Source: an uncultured Microthrixaceae bacterium (GTDB taxonomy: Bacteria > Actinomycetota > Acidimicrobiia > Acidimicrobiales > Microtrichaceae). Taken from it: a stretch of 64,000 nt of DNA. Positions 31,343 to 42,078 of this stretch are shown here, in pieces (the stretch's first letter is position 1; each line of letters begins with the position of its first letter). The position numbers and the translations under genes are program-made. The notes below the pieces were generated by a model. It saw nothing but the letters and a program-made list of their open reading frames with translations. It was not told the DNA's origin and made no database searches. The DNA lies in assembly GCA_963714875.1 (NCBI GenBank), contig CAVQQI010000010.1, forward strand, positions 320,402 to 384,401. The letters are read 5' to 3'.

Positions 31343-32659
31343 TCAGTCGGCGTCGGCGTCGGCGGCGCCGGTGTCGTGGTCGACGCTGACGGTCGCGTCG
31401 ATCTCGGTCGGGTCGGTGTCGGGCCGCAGGGCGGCGAACAGGTCGACGCCGGTGGCGGTCTCGAGCTGCTCGGCCAGGCTGATCACCGATGCCGGGAGCT
31501 GCTGCATGAACCCCGGAACGCCGTTGCCCTGCCCGCCGCTGTCGATGATCGACACCTTCTCGATGTCCACCGAGGCCACGGTCGACACGATCGAGTCGAC
31601 GAGCTCGGGCAGCATCTGCAGCACGAAGATCCGCTGCGCGTCGGGCCCTGAGGCCTGGTACTGCTCGACGAGCCGCCGGAACACCTCGACCTGTGCGTTG
31701 CCCTCCTCGATGATCTTGGCGGCATCCGCCCGGGCCGAGAGCTCCTTGGCCTCCAGGTCCGCCCTGGCCGGGGCGACCACGTCTGCTTCCAGGCGTCGCG
31801 TCTCGAGCTCGACACGCTCGCGCTCGAGCTCCTGCTGGGCGACGACCCGAGCCTTCTCGCCGGCCACCATGGCCTCCGCCTCGGCCGCGCCGGCGAGGGC
31901 TTCCAGCTCCGCCTGGCGCACACGCAGGGCGTTCTGCTCCTCGACGATCTGCAGGTCCGCCTGCGCGGTGGCGATCTCGCCGCGCTGGCGGGACTGGGCC
32001 TCGGACTCCTCGGCCTCGGCGGTGCGCTGCGCCTCCGCGACCCTGGCCTCCTTGAGCACCTCGGCGGTCTGGCGACGCCCGACCGAGTCCAGGTAGCCGA
32101 CCTCGTCGGTCACGTTCTGGATCTTCATCACGTCGAGCTCGAGCCCGAGCGTCTTGATGTCGTCGTCGGCCTCGTCGATGAGGGTCTGGGCGAACTTGAG
32201 CCGGTCCTCGTTGACCTCTTCGGGCGTCAGCGTCGACAGCACACCGCGCAGGTTCGCCTCGAGCGTCTCCTTCGCGATCGCGGCGATCTCGGACTGCGGA
32301 ACGTCGAGGAATCGCTCGACGGAGTTCTGCAACAGCCCCTCGACGCTCGAGACCTTCACGTTGGCGATGCCCTGCACGTTCAGCGGGATGGCGCCGCGGG
32401 AGAAGGCGTTCTGCACCGCGACCTCGATCGGGATGGTGTTGAGCTCCATCCACGCCACCCGCTCCAGCAGCGGCACGCGCATCGTGCGGCCGCCTCGGAT
32501 GGCCCGGTAGCCGACGGTGCGTCCGTCGGAGAGCTGACGGGAGCGACCCGAGATGACCGCGACCCGGTTGGGTGGGCAGATGATGATCAGGCTCCGCACC
32601 GTGGTCAGCACCACGATGATCGCGAGCGCGACGAGTCCTCCGAGAACGAGTGTGGTCAT
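31343..32659 (-). CDS. flotillin / SPFH (band-7) family protein
   Basis: N-terminal TM plus SPFH domain, then an EA-rich coiled-coil (AEAEESEAQSRQRGEIATAQADLQ) and a flotillin-type C-terminus. Confidence 0.85.
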   Translation of the reverse strand: MTTLVLGGLVALAIIVVLTTVRSLIIICPPNRVAVISGRSRQLSDGRTVGYRAIRGGRTMRVPLLERVAWMELNTIPIEVAVQNAFSRGAIPLNVQGIANVKVSSVEGLLQNSVERFLDVPQSEIAAIAKETLEANLRGVLSTLTPEEVNEDRLKFAQTLIDEADDDIKTLGLELDVMKIQNVTDEVGYLDSVGRRQTAEVLKEARVAEAQRTAEAEESEAQSRQRGEIATAQADLQIVEEQNALRVRQAELEALAGAAEAEAMVAGEKARVVAQQELERERVELETRRLEADVVAPARADLEAKELSARADAAKIIEEGNAQVEVFRRLVEQYQASGPDAQRIFVLQMLPELVDSIVSTVASVDIEKVSIIDSGGQGNGVPGFMQQLPASVISLAEQLETATGVDLFAALRPDTDPTEIDATVSVDHDTGAADADAD

Positions 32660-32699
32660 GGCAGGTCTGCTCCTGTGTCGGGCGGAAGGGCCGGCCGGA

Positions 32700-33279
32700 G
32701 CTGGCTCATGTGAGTTCCGGGTCGAGGCGGGTGACGCTGGCGACGCCGTTGGCCACCTGGACGATCAGGATCGGATCGCCGACGTCGAACGTCGGTGCGC
32801 CGTCGGCCTCGGCGAACGGGACCGCCGAGAAGTACAGGCGCTGATCGCCGACGTCGACCGCGACGCGACCGCGGCGGTCGGGCAGCGATGGGCAACACGG
32901 CGCGTCCCACCGCGCCCACCACCTGATCATCGGCGATCGCGGCGGTCGAGCTCGAGCGCCGCAGGTAGCCGAACACCGTCGAGTTCAACGCTCCGGCACC
33001 GAGGCCGATGACGATCGCCGCAGCCAGGGTGGCAGCGTCCGAGGTGTCGAGTGCGCCGAGCACCAGCCCGGTGATGCCGAACATGGCGACGGCGATGGCG
33101 ACCGTGCTCAACGGCAGCATCCGCAGCGTCACCGCTGCGAGTCCGTCCCCACCCCCGGACCCGTCGTCGGCGCCGCCGTCACCTCCGCCGCCATCAGTAC
33201 CGTCGTCGGCACCGCTCAGCAGGAACCAGACCACCAGCGGGACGCCGGCAGCCGCAGCGAACAGGTAGATCCCGGTCAT
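32700..33279 (-). CDS. NfeD-like membrane protein (flotillin partner), frame-interrupted near 32900
   Basis: TM N-terminus in the 32656..33279 frame. The characteristic OB-fold C-terminus GRVAVDVGDQRLYFSAVPFAEADGAPTFDVGDPILIVQVANGVASVTRLD lies in the 32706..32930 frame. The stop overlaps the flotillin start. Confidence 0.6.
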
Positions 33280-33494
33280 CGGGCATCAGCGGCGATGAGC
33301 GGACCCTACCTCTCGGTCACCCGATGTCCGGGGGGCGCGCGACGGCACAGCGCGACGTGCGTTCCGGTCGGTCGCGACCTGCTGCGTGGTCGGGAACGTG
33401 GCGCCACGTTCGCGACGTCGCGGATGGCCGGCGCGTGCCTTGCGGTCATGCGATCGACTCGTACCCTCGACTGGCCGAGAGGGTTGGGGGACAG

Positions 33495-35802
33495 ATGGCT
33501 GTGCGGGCAAGTTCGATCTCGATCGCGTTGGTGGCTGTCGTGCTGCTGGCGGCGTCCTGCGGGACGCCGACCACATCCCAACCCCCCTGCGCCCCCCGAC
33601 GGTGGCTACACGCTTCCCACCGATCCGACGGCGGACACGCCCGAGTTGGTCACCTACTGCGGTGGCGAAGTGGTCGAGCTCGGCCCCTTGGAGCCGTCGG
33701 TCATCGCTGCGTCGATCCGGATGGCGAAGCCCGACCTGTTCGACGGCGAGATCGCTCGTATGGTCGAACGCGCTGATGGAAACCCACTCATCGCCGAGAT
33801 GCTCGTTGCGGCAGCTGACGACAGCCCGATCGGTCCTCCGGCGGCGCATTCAAAGGTGCTGGCGGCGGCGCTGGCCCGCCAGTCCGGAGCCGCGCGGTCG
33901 ACGTTGTTCGCCCTCGGCGCGGCGCCCGGGCCGCTGCCGGTCGATCTGCTCGAGGATGTGGATGCTCTGGAGGGTGCGGGCATGGTCCGCCGCACCGCGG
34001 ACGGGTGTTGTGAGCTGGCGAACCGGATCTTTGCGAGCCCAGGACTCCTCGAGGTGGGTGATGCCGAGCGCAGAGCGGTGTTCGAGCGGCTCGCCGGCCT
34101 ACCCGGCATCGGCGCCCAGCAGCGCTCGGAGTACCTGCTTGCCGCTGGCCAGCTGACGCGTGCGATGCGCGACGCGCTCGCAGTTGCGAGTGGGCCGATC
34201 TCGCGTGCCGAGCAGGCGAGCGTCCTGCTGGTCGCCGACGGGAGCGCGCAGCAGCTGCATGCGAAGGGAGAGATTCCGTCGTCGGAGCTCGACCCGCTGC
34301 TCGCTGGCGCGGCCCGGGCGCTCAACGACAGCGCCCGCTTCGCAGAGTCCGGGGAACTGCTCGACGGCGCCGATCATGGCGGTGGACCACTCACGATCGC
34401 TGTCGTCGTGGAACGTCTGCGAGCAGCCCTCGGGATGGGCGACCGGCGGCGGGCCGGTCGGCTCCTGCACGAGCAGCGTTCGCTCATCGACGAGGCCGTC
34501 GGGATGGACGGAGTCCGGGCGCGCAGGCTGCGCAACACGCTGACGCTGTCGTCGTCGACGGAACGCGAGCTCGGAGCGCCCGCCGATGGGCAGCTCGACG
34601 CCTCGACCGACGCCGCGCAACGGGCACAGGCGGCGATCGTTGCGGGTCTGGCCACGTACTCCGTCGATATCGACGTTGCGATGAAGTGGTTCAGCGCAGC
34701 GCGGGAGGAGGCGGCGAGTAGTGGTGAGCTGGCATCCGAGCTCGATGCGACCCGCAATCTGGTGTCGGTCCAGATCGCCCTGGGTCGCCACGGTGAGGCA
34801 CGGGCGACGGCACGCGCAGCCGAATCGACCGCTGCGCGTGCGGGCGAGGCGTCATGGGCGATCGAGTTCCGGACGCTCGAGGTGCTCAGCCGGTTCTATG
34901 ACGAGGTCGACCACGACGATGCGCTCTCCTGGCTCTCGTTCGTGCGCACTGCGCCGGTCCGGCTCGAGACCCGTGCCATGGCGACCGCCGCGTTGGCGAC
35001 ACTGCTGGCTGATCGTGGCGCTTCGCAGCGCAGCCAGGAAGTGCTGGGGCCGTGGATGCAGGAGGTGCACCTGAACGAGCTCGGCCCGTTCGTCCAGGCG
35101 TTGATCGCGTGGGGCGCTGCGCAGCGGTCGTGGATCGTCGGCGACCTCGCCGAGACGATCCGGATCGCACGTTGGCTCACCGACACGGTGCCACCGGGCT
35201 ACCCGTCGGTCGCCGGGACCCAGGTCGTGTGGCGGTGGGCGGAGTACGAGTCCGGACTGCCGCTCACCGCGCCCGATCCGGTCGGGGGTCTGCTCGACTG
35301 CGCCATGATCGAGTCGGCCGCGATCGAGATGCTCGCCGACGGTCGTGCTGCGGATGCGGCCGAGGGGTTCATCGCAGCAGCCGACTCGTGGCGGCCGATC
35401 CTCTGGCGGTGTGCGCTGCGGTGTCGGTGGGCCGCCGGCCACTCCCTGGCCCTGATCGGCGACAGAGATACCGCGATCGACATGCTCGACGGCGTGGACG
35501 CCGAACTCGACCTGGCTGGTCTGCCGGCCCTGCGTCCTCGAATCCGGTCATCGTTGCGATTGGCGGCCCGACCGTCGACGACCTCGTCGTCGTCGCCCGG
35601 CCCGCGAGGCACAGCTCTGCTGACCGCGCAGGAGCACAAGGTGATGTTGCTGGTCGTCGAGGGGCTGACGAGCGGGGAGATCGCACGTCGTCTCGGGATC
35701 GCGACCTCGACGGTCGAGTCCCATGTCCGCAGCGCGAGGCGGAAGCTCGGCGCACGCACCCGAATCGAAGCAGCGGCGATGGTCGGGCTGCAGGCCGGAT
35801 GA
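33495..35802 (+). CDS. large LuxR-family regulator (LAL-like helical/TPR region + C-terminal GerE/LuxR HTH) without a recognisable P-loop; N-terminus uncertain
   Basis: C-terminus LTAQEHKVMLLVVEGLTSGEIARRLGIATSTVESHVRSARRKLG. An out-of-frame upstream segment from ATG 33495 reads like a lipoprotein signal (MAVRASSISIALVAVVLLAASCG) and joins the main frame at a C-homopolymer near 33590. An alternative start is ATG 33721. Confidence 0.6.
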
Positions 35803-36246
35803 TCAGGCGTTCGGGCGGAGCTCATCGATACGACGACCGATGATCGACACCGCCTCTGCGCGGGAGCGGGCGCCGAGGGCGTGTCGGGCATCTGCGAGTC
35901 TGCGGGCGGCGGTGCGAGCACTCAGGTGGTGACGTCGAGCGGCCTGTTCGATGTCGTCCCCGGACCGGACGGCGAGCAACAGCGCCAGCTGCTCGTCGGT
36001 CAACCGGTCGGCCAACGGCCGGTGGGTGTGGTCGAACCACTCGGCGGTGGCGACCCGCCGACACTGATCGAACAGGTCGGTCGCCATCGCCCGGTCGGTG
36101 GCGAGCACTGCGACAGAGACTCCTGACATCAGCAGATCCACGATCCCGGCGATGTCGATTTCCGTGCCGCCTCGACGATGCACACCGTGTGTGCGGCGCT
36201 CCGCCGCCCCGGGCCCGCCGGGTCGGCCGGGGTCGAGGGTATCCAT
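35803..36246 (-). CDS. small LuxR/GerE-type HTH regulator
   Basis: C-terminus LTDEQLALLLAVRSGDDIEQAARRHHLSARTAARRL. Converges on the large LuxR gene. Confidence 0.5.
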   Translation of the reverse strand: MDTLDPGRPGGPGAAERRTHGVHRRGGTEIDIAGIVDLLMSGVSVAVLATDRAMATDLFDQCRRVATAEWFDHTHRPLADRLTDEQLALLLAVRSGDDIEQAARRHHLSARTAARRLADARHALGARSRAEAVSIIGRRIDELRPNA

Positions 36247-36664
36247 CCTGCAGCCAGGAACTCTCGCCTCACGCCGGCGAGCGCGAGTTCGTCGGCACAC
36301 ACGCAGATACGTCCGGACCGGGCCCACGGGGAGTGATCATGGTGGGGATCGTTCACGGCCAGCCTTGTGATCCCACGCGCGTGTCGCAGTGGCAGGAATT
36401 GAGGATGCTAGCGGTGGCCTCGGCGGGCATCGTGAACGCAGGCAGTTTCGTGGGTGTCCGCCTCGTGGGCGCCGGCTGCGCCGAGTCGTCGGCGCTGGAT
36501 CGCGGGTCCTGTTCTCCGGTGGATGCGCCCCATCGCCGGACAACAGGACCCGCACGGGCTGTGCAACATGCTGGGCCCGCTCGTGGACACGCTGTGTCGG
36601 TGACGGCCGCAGCACCTCGTCCGCCCGACAGGTACCCGGCGATGGCAGGTGCCCAGTCCGTCGC

Positions 36665-38314
36665 TCAGAAGATCCGGTCCACGTCGTGGCGCACGATGTG
36701 GTCGATGTTGCGCTCCGCGAGGGCAGCGATGGTGAGCGACGGATTGGCGCACGCGGTGGAACCGGGGATGAGCGCGCCGTCGTTGACGTACAGGCCACGC
36801 TGGCCGAGCACCCGGCCATGGTCGTCGCAGACCTTGCCGATCACCGCACCGCCGAGCGGATGGAACGTCGTCGGGTCGATCGCGGTCATGTCGATCGACC
36901 CGATCGCGCCCGCTGCGGTCCCCACCCGTGCGACACGCCGCCGGGCCTCCTCCATCGCAGGTCCGTGTGCGCTCGCGGGGAAGTCCAGCCGGGCCTCGTC
37001 ACGGATCGGGTCGTAGCGGAAGCTGCCGTGGCCGTCGGGGAGGAAGATGCCGACGGTCTCCATCACGTTCGCCTCGAACGGGATCGGGAGCGGAGCGAAC
37101 AACACGGTGACCGGCCCGGCCGGGTTGTCCCAGTCGAGTGATCCGATGCTGGCCGGGCCCCCCTGGAGAGTTCCCATCGGGGTCGACAGGAGCTGCGTGG
37201 TGATCAGGTCGCCGTTGGTCGACCACCATCGGCCGACGTCGTCGGGCAGGTCCGGGATGTCGTCGGTTCCGTCGGCGCGCACGAGCAGCTTGGTCGTGTT
37301 CGGCGAGCCGGCGCACAGGAACAGGGCGTCGGCGACCAGCTCCACGTGCTCCCGCACGACCCCGTCCAGGTCCAGTCGGTCGGTGGAGACCACCCAGCGG
37401 CCGTCGCCGTCGCGCTGCACCCGTTCGACGCGGTGCAGCGCCAGGAGCTCGACGCGGCCGGTGGCTTCCGCCGCGGGCAGGTAGTTGGTGTCGAGGGACC
37501 GCTTGCCGGGTCCGTTCACCCCGTAGATCACGTCGCCCGACGAGATGCTCCTGGGGAGCTCGCCGCGGATCTCCCGGCGCACGACGTCCCAGTCGATGGG
37601 CATCGGGACGCCCTCCGCATCGGGGAGCCCGGCGGCCCGCACGAACTCGGCGAACCGCCGACTCGACAGGTAGGGCGCCGACGCGAGCACGTCGGCGGGG
37701 ATCGGCGACGCGCCGAGGTTCTGTCGCACCAGCGGGTACCAGCGGTCGTCGAACTCCTCGTAGTCGAGTGCGTCGGGCATGACCCGGTCGAACAGGTCAG
37801 CTCTCGGCTGCACCGTCATGCCGTGGTACGGCAGGGAACCGCCGCCGACCGCCGCTGCGCACACGATGTCCATGCCCCGGCCCTTGATGCGCTCGAGCAG
37901 CCCCGTGTACGGCTGCCACGGCAGGGAGGGGACGAAGTTGCCCGCGGCGGTGTTCTCCGGGCTCAGCCAGGAGACCCGACGGTCGGCGCCGAACATGGTC
38001 GGGAACGTCCCCCGCTCCCCGCTGCGCCACCGCTTGCCCCGTTCGATGAGGGTGACGTCCACACCGCGCTCGGCGAGGCGGAGCGCGGTGACCGATCCTC
38101 CGAACCCGGTCCCGACCACGACCACCCGCCGGCGCTCGGACCGGCGGCCGGGGCGTGGCAGAGGGGCACATGCGGTCCCGATGAGCCCGGCGCCGGCGGC
38201 TGCGAGTGCACCGCCCAGCACCCCTCGCCGGCTGATCGTCACGTCTCCAGACACGCCCACCCACCGTCCGCCCGTCGAAGGGCCGACGGTACGGGGCGGG
38301 CGGTGGTCGTTCAA
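36665..38314 (-). CDS. Tat-exported GMC-family FAD oxidoreductase (cholesterol-oxidase-like)
   Basis: Twin-arginine signal ISRRGVLGGALAAAGAGLIGTACA. FAD motif VVVVGTGFGGSVTALRLAERGVDVTLIERG. GMC C-terminal region present. Confidence 0.85.
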   Translation of the reverse strand: MNDHRPPRTVGPSTGGRWVGVSGDVTISRRGVLGGALAAAGAGLIGTACAPLPRPGRRSERRRVVVVGTGFGGSVTALRLAERGVDVTLIERGKRWRSGERGTFPTMFGADRRVSWLSPENTAAGNFVPSLPWQPYTGLLERIKGRGMDIVCAAAVGGGSLPYHGMTVQPRADLFDRVMPDALDYEEFDDRWYPLVRQNLGASPIPADVLASAPYLSSRRFAEFVRAAGLPDAEGVPMPIDWDVVRREIRGELPRSISSGDVIYGVNGPGKRSLDTNYLPAAEATGRVELLALHRVERVQRDGDGRWVVSTDRLDLDGVVREHVELVADALFLCAGSPNTTKLLVRADGTDDIPDLPDDVGRWWSTNGDLITTQLLSTPMGTLQGGPASIGSLDWDNPAGPVTVLFAPLPIPFEANVMETVGIFLPDGHGSFRYDPIRDEARLDFPASAHGPAMEEARRRVARVGTAAGAIGSIDMTAIDPTTFHPLGGAVIGKVCDDHGRVLGQRGLYVNDGALIPGSTACANPSLTIAALAERNIDHIVRHDVDRIF

Positions 38315-38535
38315 GCGGAACCCGCGCCCCGTCGTCGGGCCACCGTGCGCAGAGATCGTTGCGCGCGCCAGTGGTGCGGAGCATCATGACAGCCGGGTCG
38401 ACGGCAGGCGGATCCGATCGGTGTCACGGGCGACCGTGCTCGCAGCTGCCACGCTGATCGGGGGTGCGCCCTCGAACGCCGTGCAACCCAGCACGCACGT
38501 GCTCGCGTCGCCCAGATCGAGGTCCCTGCCGCTGG

Positions 38536-40458
38536 CTACCGCTCGTTCCTGGCCAGCCAACCCTGCAGCGCCGACCGGGTCGCGTCGCAGGCCACCTCGA
38601 AGGCGTCCAACAGCTCGGGGTCGGGTGGGAACGGACTGTCCTCGAGCTGCTGGCTGAGGCGGTCCAGCTCGACCGCCCCCAACGTCCGACAGGTCGACCG
38701 CAACGTGTGGGTCGTCCGTGTCAGGCCCTCCGGGTCGAGCGCTCCGACCGACTCGGCGACGGCCCGTCGACGGTGCTCGAGCTCGACCAGGAACGTCCCG
38801 ACGATGGACACCACGGGCACCACCGATCCGAGCTGGTCCACCAACAGGTCGAGCGCATCGGTGTCGGCCGGGGCACCGTCGACCATCTCTCCCGAGCGCG
38901 GCCGGGACCGCCGTTCGCCGATGTAGGGCTGCAACGCGTGTCCCAGCTCGAGGAGCCCGACCGGCTTGACCAACATCAGGTCCATGCCTGCCGACAGACA
39001 GGTGGTGCGGTCCGAGGCTCTCCCACTGGCGGTCATCGCGATGATCGGGACCCGGTGTCCGGGCGCTTCGAGCGACCGGTGCAGCCGCGTCGTCTCGACA
39101 CCGTCCAGGCCGGGCAGCTGCCAGTCCATCAGCACGCAGTCGATGTCGTGGTCGCCCGACAGCGCGTCGAGCGCCTCGTTGCCCGTACCCACCACGGTCG
39201 TGCGGGCACCCAGACGTGCCAGCTGCTCCGCGACCAGCATCTGGTTGACCGCGTTGTCCTCGACGACCAGCACGTGTGCGCCGCCGCGGGCGCGGACCGG
39301 ATCGCCGGTCGGGCGGTCGGCCGCGTCGCCGCCGACCTCGTAGGGGATCTCGACGGTGAAGCGTGACCCCTCGCCCGGTGTCGACTCGACCCGGATGCTC
39401 CCGCCCAACAGGTCGACCAGACCCGATGTGATGGCGAGCCCCAGGCCCACCCCACTGGTTCGGTCTCCCTGGGAGCCCTGGTCGAAGGGGTCGAAGATGC
39501 GTTCCAGGTCCGAGGCGTCGATGCCCCGTCCCGTGTCGGTCACGGTCCACCGCAACCCGACGCAGTCCTGTCGTCGGCACAGCGACACCCGCAGCACGAT
39601 GCGACCCGACGAGGTGAACTTCGCCGCGTTGGTGACCAGGTTGGCCAGCACCTGGCGGACCTTCGCCCCGTCGATCAGGACCGTGTCGGGCACGTCCTCG
39701 TCGCTGTGCCCCTCGACGACCACGCCGTCGACGGCGAGCTCGCGGCCGAGTGCGGTCGCGTCGGAGAGCAGCTGACGCGCCAGTGTGGGTTCGGGTCGCA
39801 GCGGGTTCCGAGCGGCGTCGGTCCGGGAGTACTCGAGCAGCTCGTCGACCAGGTGCTGGAACGCCTGCGCCTGTCGATGGGTCGAGTCGACGAGGCGGCG
39901 GGACGACCAGGGCAGGTCGGCCTCGCCGAGCAGTTCGGTGAGGCCGCGCAGCGCGTGGAGCTGGTTGCGCAGTTCGTGGCTGACACGCGCGAGCAGCTCG
40001 GAGCGGAGCCGGGACTGCTCGACGGCCTCGTCGCGTCGGAGGGCCAGCTCGGCCTCGATCGCCTTGCGGGCGGTGATGTTGCGAGAGGTGATCACGATTC
40101 CTGCGACCAGTGGGTCCTCGAGCAGGTTGACCGCGGTGAGCTCGATGTCGGCCCACGACGAGTCCGACTGCACGACCCGGACGTCGATGGTGACCTGCTC
40201 CCTCGGTCGTTGCAGCACGAGCTCGCGGGTGGCCAGCAGGCGCGGCAGGTCGTCGGGGTCGACCAGGTCGAAGATGGACCGCTCGCGCCAGTAGTCCGGC
40301 TCGTAGCCCATCACCTGCGCGTGGAGTCCGGTGGTGTCCAGCACGTGGCCGTCCGCGTCGACCAGCGTGACCGTGTCGCTGATGTTGGCCAGCATCGCCT
40401 GCATCCGGCGCAGCGCCTGCTCGTCGCTGTCCGACCGGGTGGTCGACACGATGCTCAT
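38536..40458 (-). CDS. cytoplasmic hybrid sensor histidine kinase (PAS - HisKA - HATPase - REC - HPt-like)
   Basis: H-box VSHELRNQLHAL. N/G boxes NLVTNAAKFT...DTGRGI...GVGLGLAI. Receiver HVLVVEDNAVNQ...LMDWQLPGLDG...IIAMTA. C-terminal helical region consistent with an HPt domain. No TM segments. Confidence 0.9.
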   Translation of the reverse strand: MSIVSTTRSDSDEQALRRMQAMLANISDTVTLVDADGHVLDTTGLHAQVMGYEPDYWRERSIFDLVDPDDLPRLLATRELVLQRPREQVTIDVRVVQSDSSWADIELTAVNLLEDPLVAGIVITSRNITARKAIEAELALRRDEAVEQSRLRSELLARVSHELRNQLHALRGLTELLGEADLPWSSRRLVDSTHRQAQAFQHLVDELLEYSRTDAARNPLRPEPTLARQLLSDATALGRELAVDGVVVEGHSDEDVPDTVLIDGAKVRQVLANLVTNAAKFTSSGRIVLRVSLCRRQDCVGLRWTVTDTGRGIDASDLERIFDPFDQGSQGDRTSGVGLGLAITSGLVDLLGGSIRVESTPGEGSRFTVEIPYEVGGDAADRPTGDPVRARGGAHVLVVEDNAVNQMLVAEQLARLGARTTVVGTGNEALDALSGDHDIDCVLMDWQLPGLDGVETTRLHRSLEAPGHRVPIIAMTASGRASDRTTCLSAGMDLMLVKPVGLLELGHALQPYIGERRSRPRSGEMVDGAPADTDALDLLVDQLGSVVPVVSIVGTFLVELEHRRRAVAESVGALDPEGLTRTTHTLRSTCRTLGAVELDRLSQQLEDSPFPPDPELLDAFEVACDATRSALQGWLARNER

Positions 40459-41189
40459 CGGGCCACCGCCCGCCCGGGGCGCCCGTCGCCACCCTCGGTC
40501 ATCGGCTCGGGCGCCGGCTGGTGCATCCCGTAGCCCACGCCGCGCACGGTGCGGATCCTGTGGATCCCCGGCCGATCGATCTTGCGGCGGAGGTTGGCGA
40601 TGTGGACGTCGACGACGTGGTCGTCATGGATCCAGTCATCGCCCCAGACCCGCTCGCACAGCGCCTGTCGTGACAGCACCCGGTCGGTGTGCTCGCTCAA
40701 CGCGTCGAGGATCGCGAACTCGATCCGGGTCAGCGGCACCTCGTCGCCGTCGACGGTGCACCGGTGCGCTGCGGGTTCCACGACCAGCGTGCCGATGCGG
40801 CGCTCGGCCGACGTCCGGGCGCTGCGGTCACCGCGACGCCGCATCATCGCCTCGACCCGGGCGAGGATCTCCCGGGGTGAGTACGGCTTGGTGACGTAGT
40901 CGTCGGCGCCGAGCTTCAGGCCCAGCACCTTGTCGATCTCGTCGTCGCGAGCCGTCAGCATGACGACGAACGCGTCGGAGAACGTCCGCAGTTCGCGGCA
41001 CACATCGGTGCCGTCCATGTCGGGGAGACCGAGGTCCAACAACACGACGTCGGGGCGCAGGGCGCTGGCAGCGGTCAGGCCCGCGCGGCCGGTCGACGCG
41101 GAGCTGGTCTCGAACCCCGCGCTGCGCATCACCGCCGACGCGAGCTCCGCGGCGTCCGGTGCATCCTCGATGATCAGCACGCGCGTCAT
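40455..41189 (-). CDS. OmpR-family response regulator (REC + winged-helix)
   Basis: MTRVLIIEDAPD...VVLLDLGLPDMDG...VVMLTARDD...YVTKPYSPREL. wHTH region VRGVGY. Its stop overlaps the hybrid-kinase start by 4 nt. Confidence 0.9.
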   Translation of the reverse strand: MTRVLIIEDAPDAAELASAVMRSAGFETSSASTGRAGLTAASALRPDVVLLDLGLPDMDGTDVCRELRTFSDAFVVMLTARDDEIDKVLGLKLGADDYVTKPYSPREILARVEAMMRRRGDRSARTSAERRIGTLVVEPAAHRCTVDGDEVPLTRIEFAILDALSEHTDRVLSRQALCERVWGDDWIHDDHVVDVHIANLRRKIDRPGIHRIRTVRGVGYGMHQPAPEPMTEGGDGRPGRAVAR

Positions 41190-42078
41190 GGCTGCACCGT
41201 CGTGTCCGGGCCACAGGCCGGTCCCGCGGGCACCGTCGCGGTGACGACGAGTCCGCCCTGGTCGGAGATCTCGGCCCATGCGTCGCCGCCCATGCAGGCG
41301 GTGAGTCCCGCGACGATCGCCAGACCGATGCCGGAGCCGCCGACCACCCGGGCGGTGCCGTTCTCGAGCTGGACGAACGGCTCGAAGATCCTGCTCAGCT
41401 CGGCCCGGTCGACGCCTGGTCCCTCGTCCTCGACCTGGAGCTCCACCCGGTCGCCGTGGGCGGAGAGACGCAGGTGCAGGGTTCCGGGCATGGCGAACTT
41501 CTGGGCGTTGGACAGGAGCGCGTCGCCGATCTGCGTCAGCCGATCGGGGTCCACCAACGCCGCGCCCCCGGAGTCGGGCACCAGCAGGAGCCCACGTGCG
41601 CGCAGCGGGTTGGCCCAGCGGTCCACCAGCTCGTCGGCCACGGCGTCGAGGTCGGTGGGGATCGGGTCCACCTCGATGCTGCCCACCTCGGTCTGGGCCA
41701 GTTCGAGGAGGTTGTCGAACAGGGTGCAGAGCTCCTGGGTCGCGGCGGCGGCCAGCTCGATGCGACCTGCGTCGTCCGCATCGCTGGTCCGCACCAGCTC
41801 CAGCGCGGACAGCACGGTCTGCAGCGGTGTGCGGACCTCGTGACCGAGGTTGGCCAGGAAGGCCGTCTTCGCCGCCGCGGCCGACTCGGCGCGGTCGTGC
41901 TCGGCACGGAGCTGGCGGGTGCGTTCCTCGACCCTGGAGTCGAGCTCGGCGGTGGCCTCCCAGAGTCGTCGGAGCCCGGCCTCCGCGATGCGTTCGCTCT
42001 CCAGGCGCGCCGCACGCTCGCGCGACCAGCGGCGTTCCATCAGTGCCGCGTCGTGTGCGAGCGGGGTCTCAGACGTCA
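41186..42078 (-). CDS. soluble histidine kinase (coiled-coil + HisKA + HATPase), H-NOX-associated
   Basis: H-box LANLGHEVRTPL. HATPase N/G boxes GTLHLRL...DEGPGV...GGSGIGLAIV. No TM helix. Overlaps the response-regulator start (41186/41189) and the H-NOX stop (42069/42078). Confidence 0.85.

Noticed and set aside
30678-32096. 472-aa + strand ORF
   Set aside because: Antisense to the flotillin gene. Low-complexity Ala/Ser/Arg composition.
38384-40492. 702-aa minus-strand ORF
   Set aside because: Alternative frame of the hybrid histidine kinase, which has unambiguous H, N, G and receiver motifs in frame 38536..40458.
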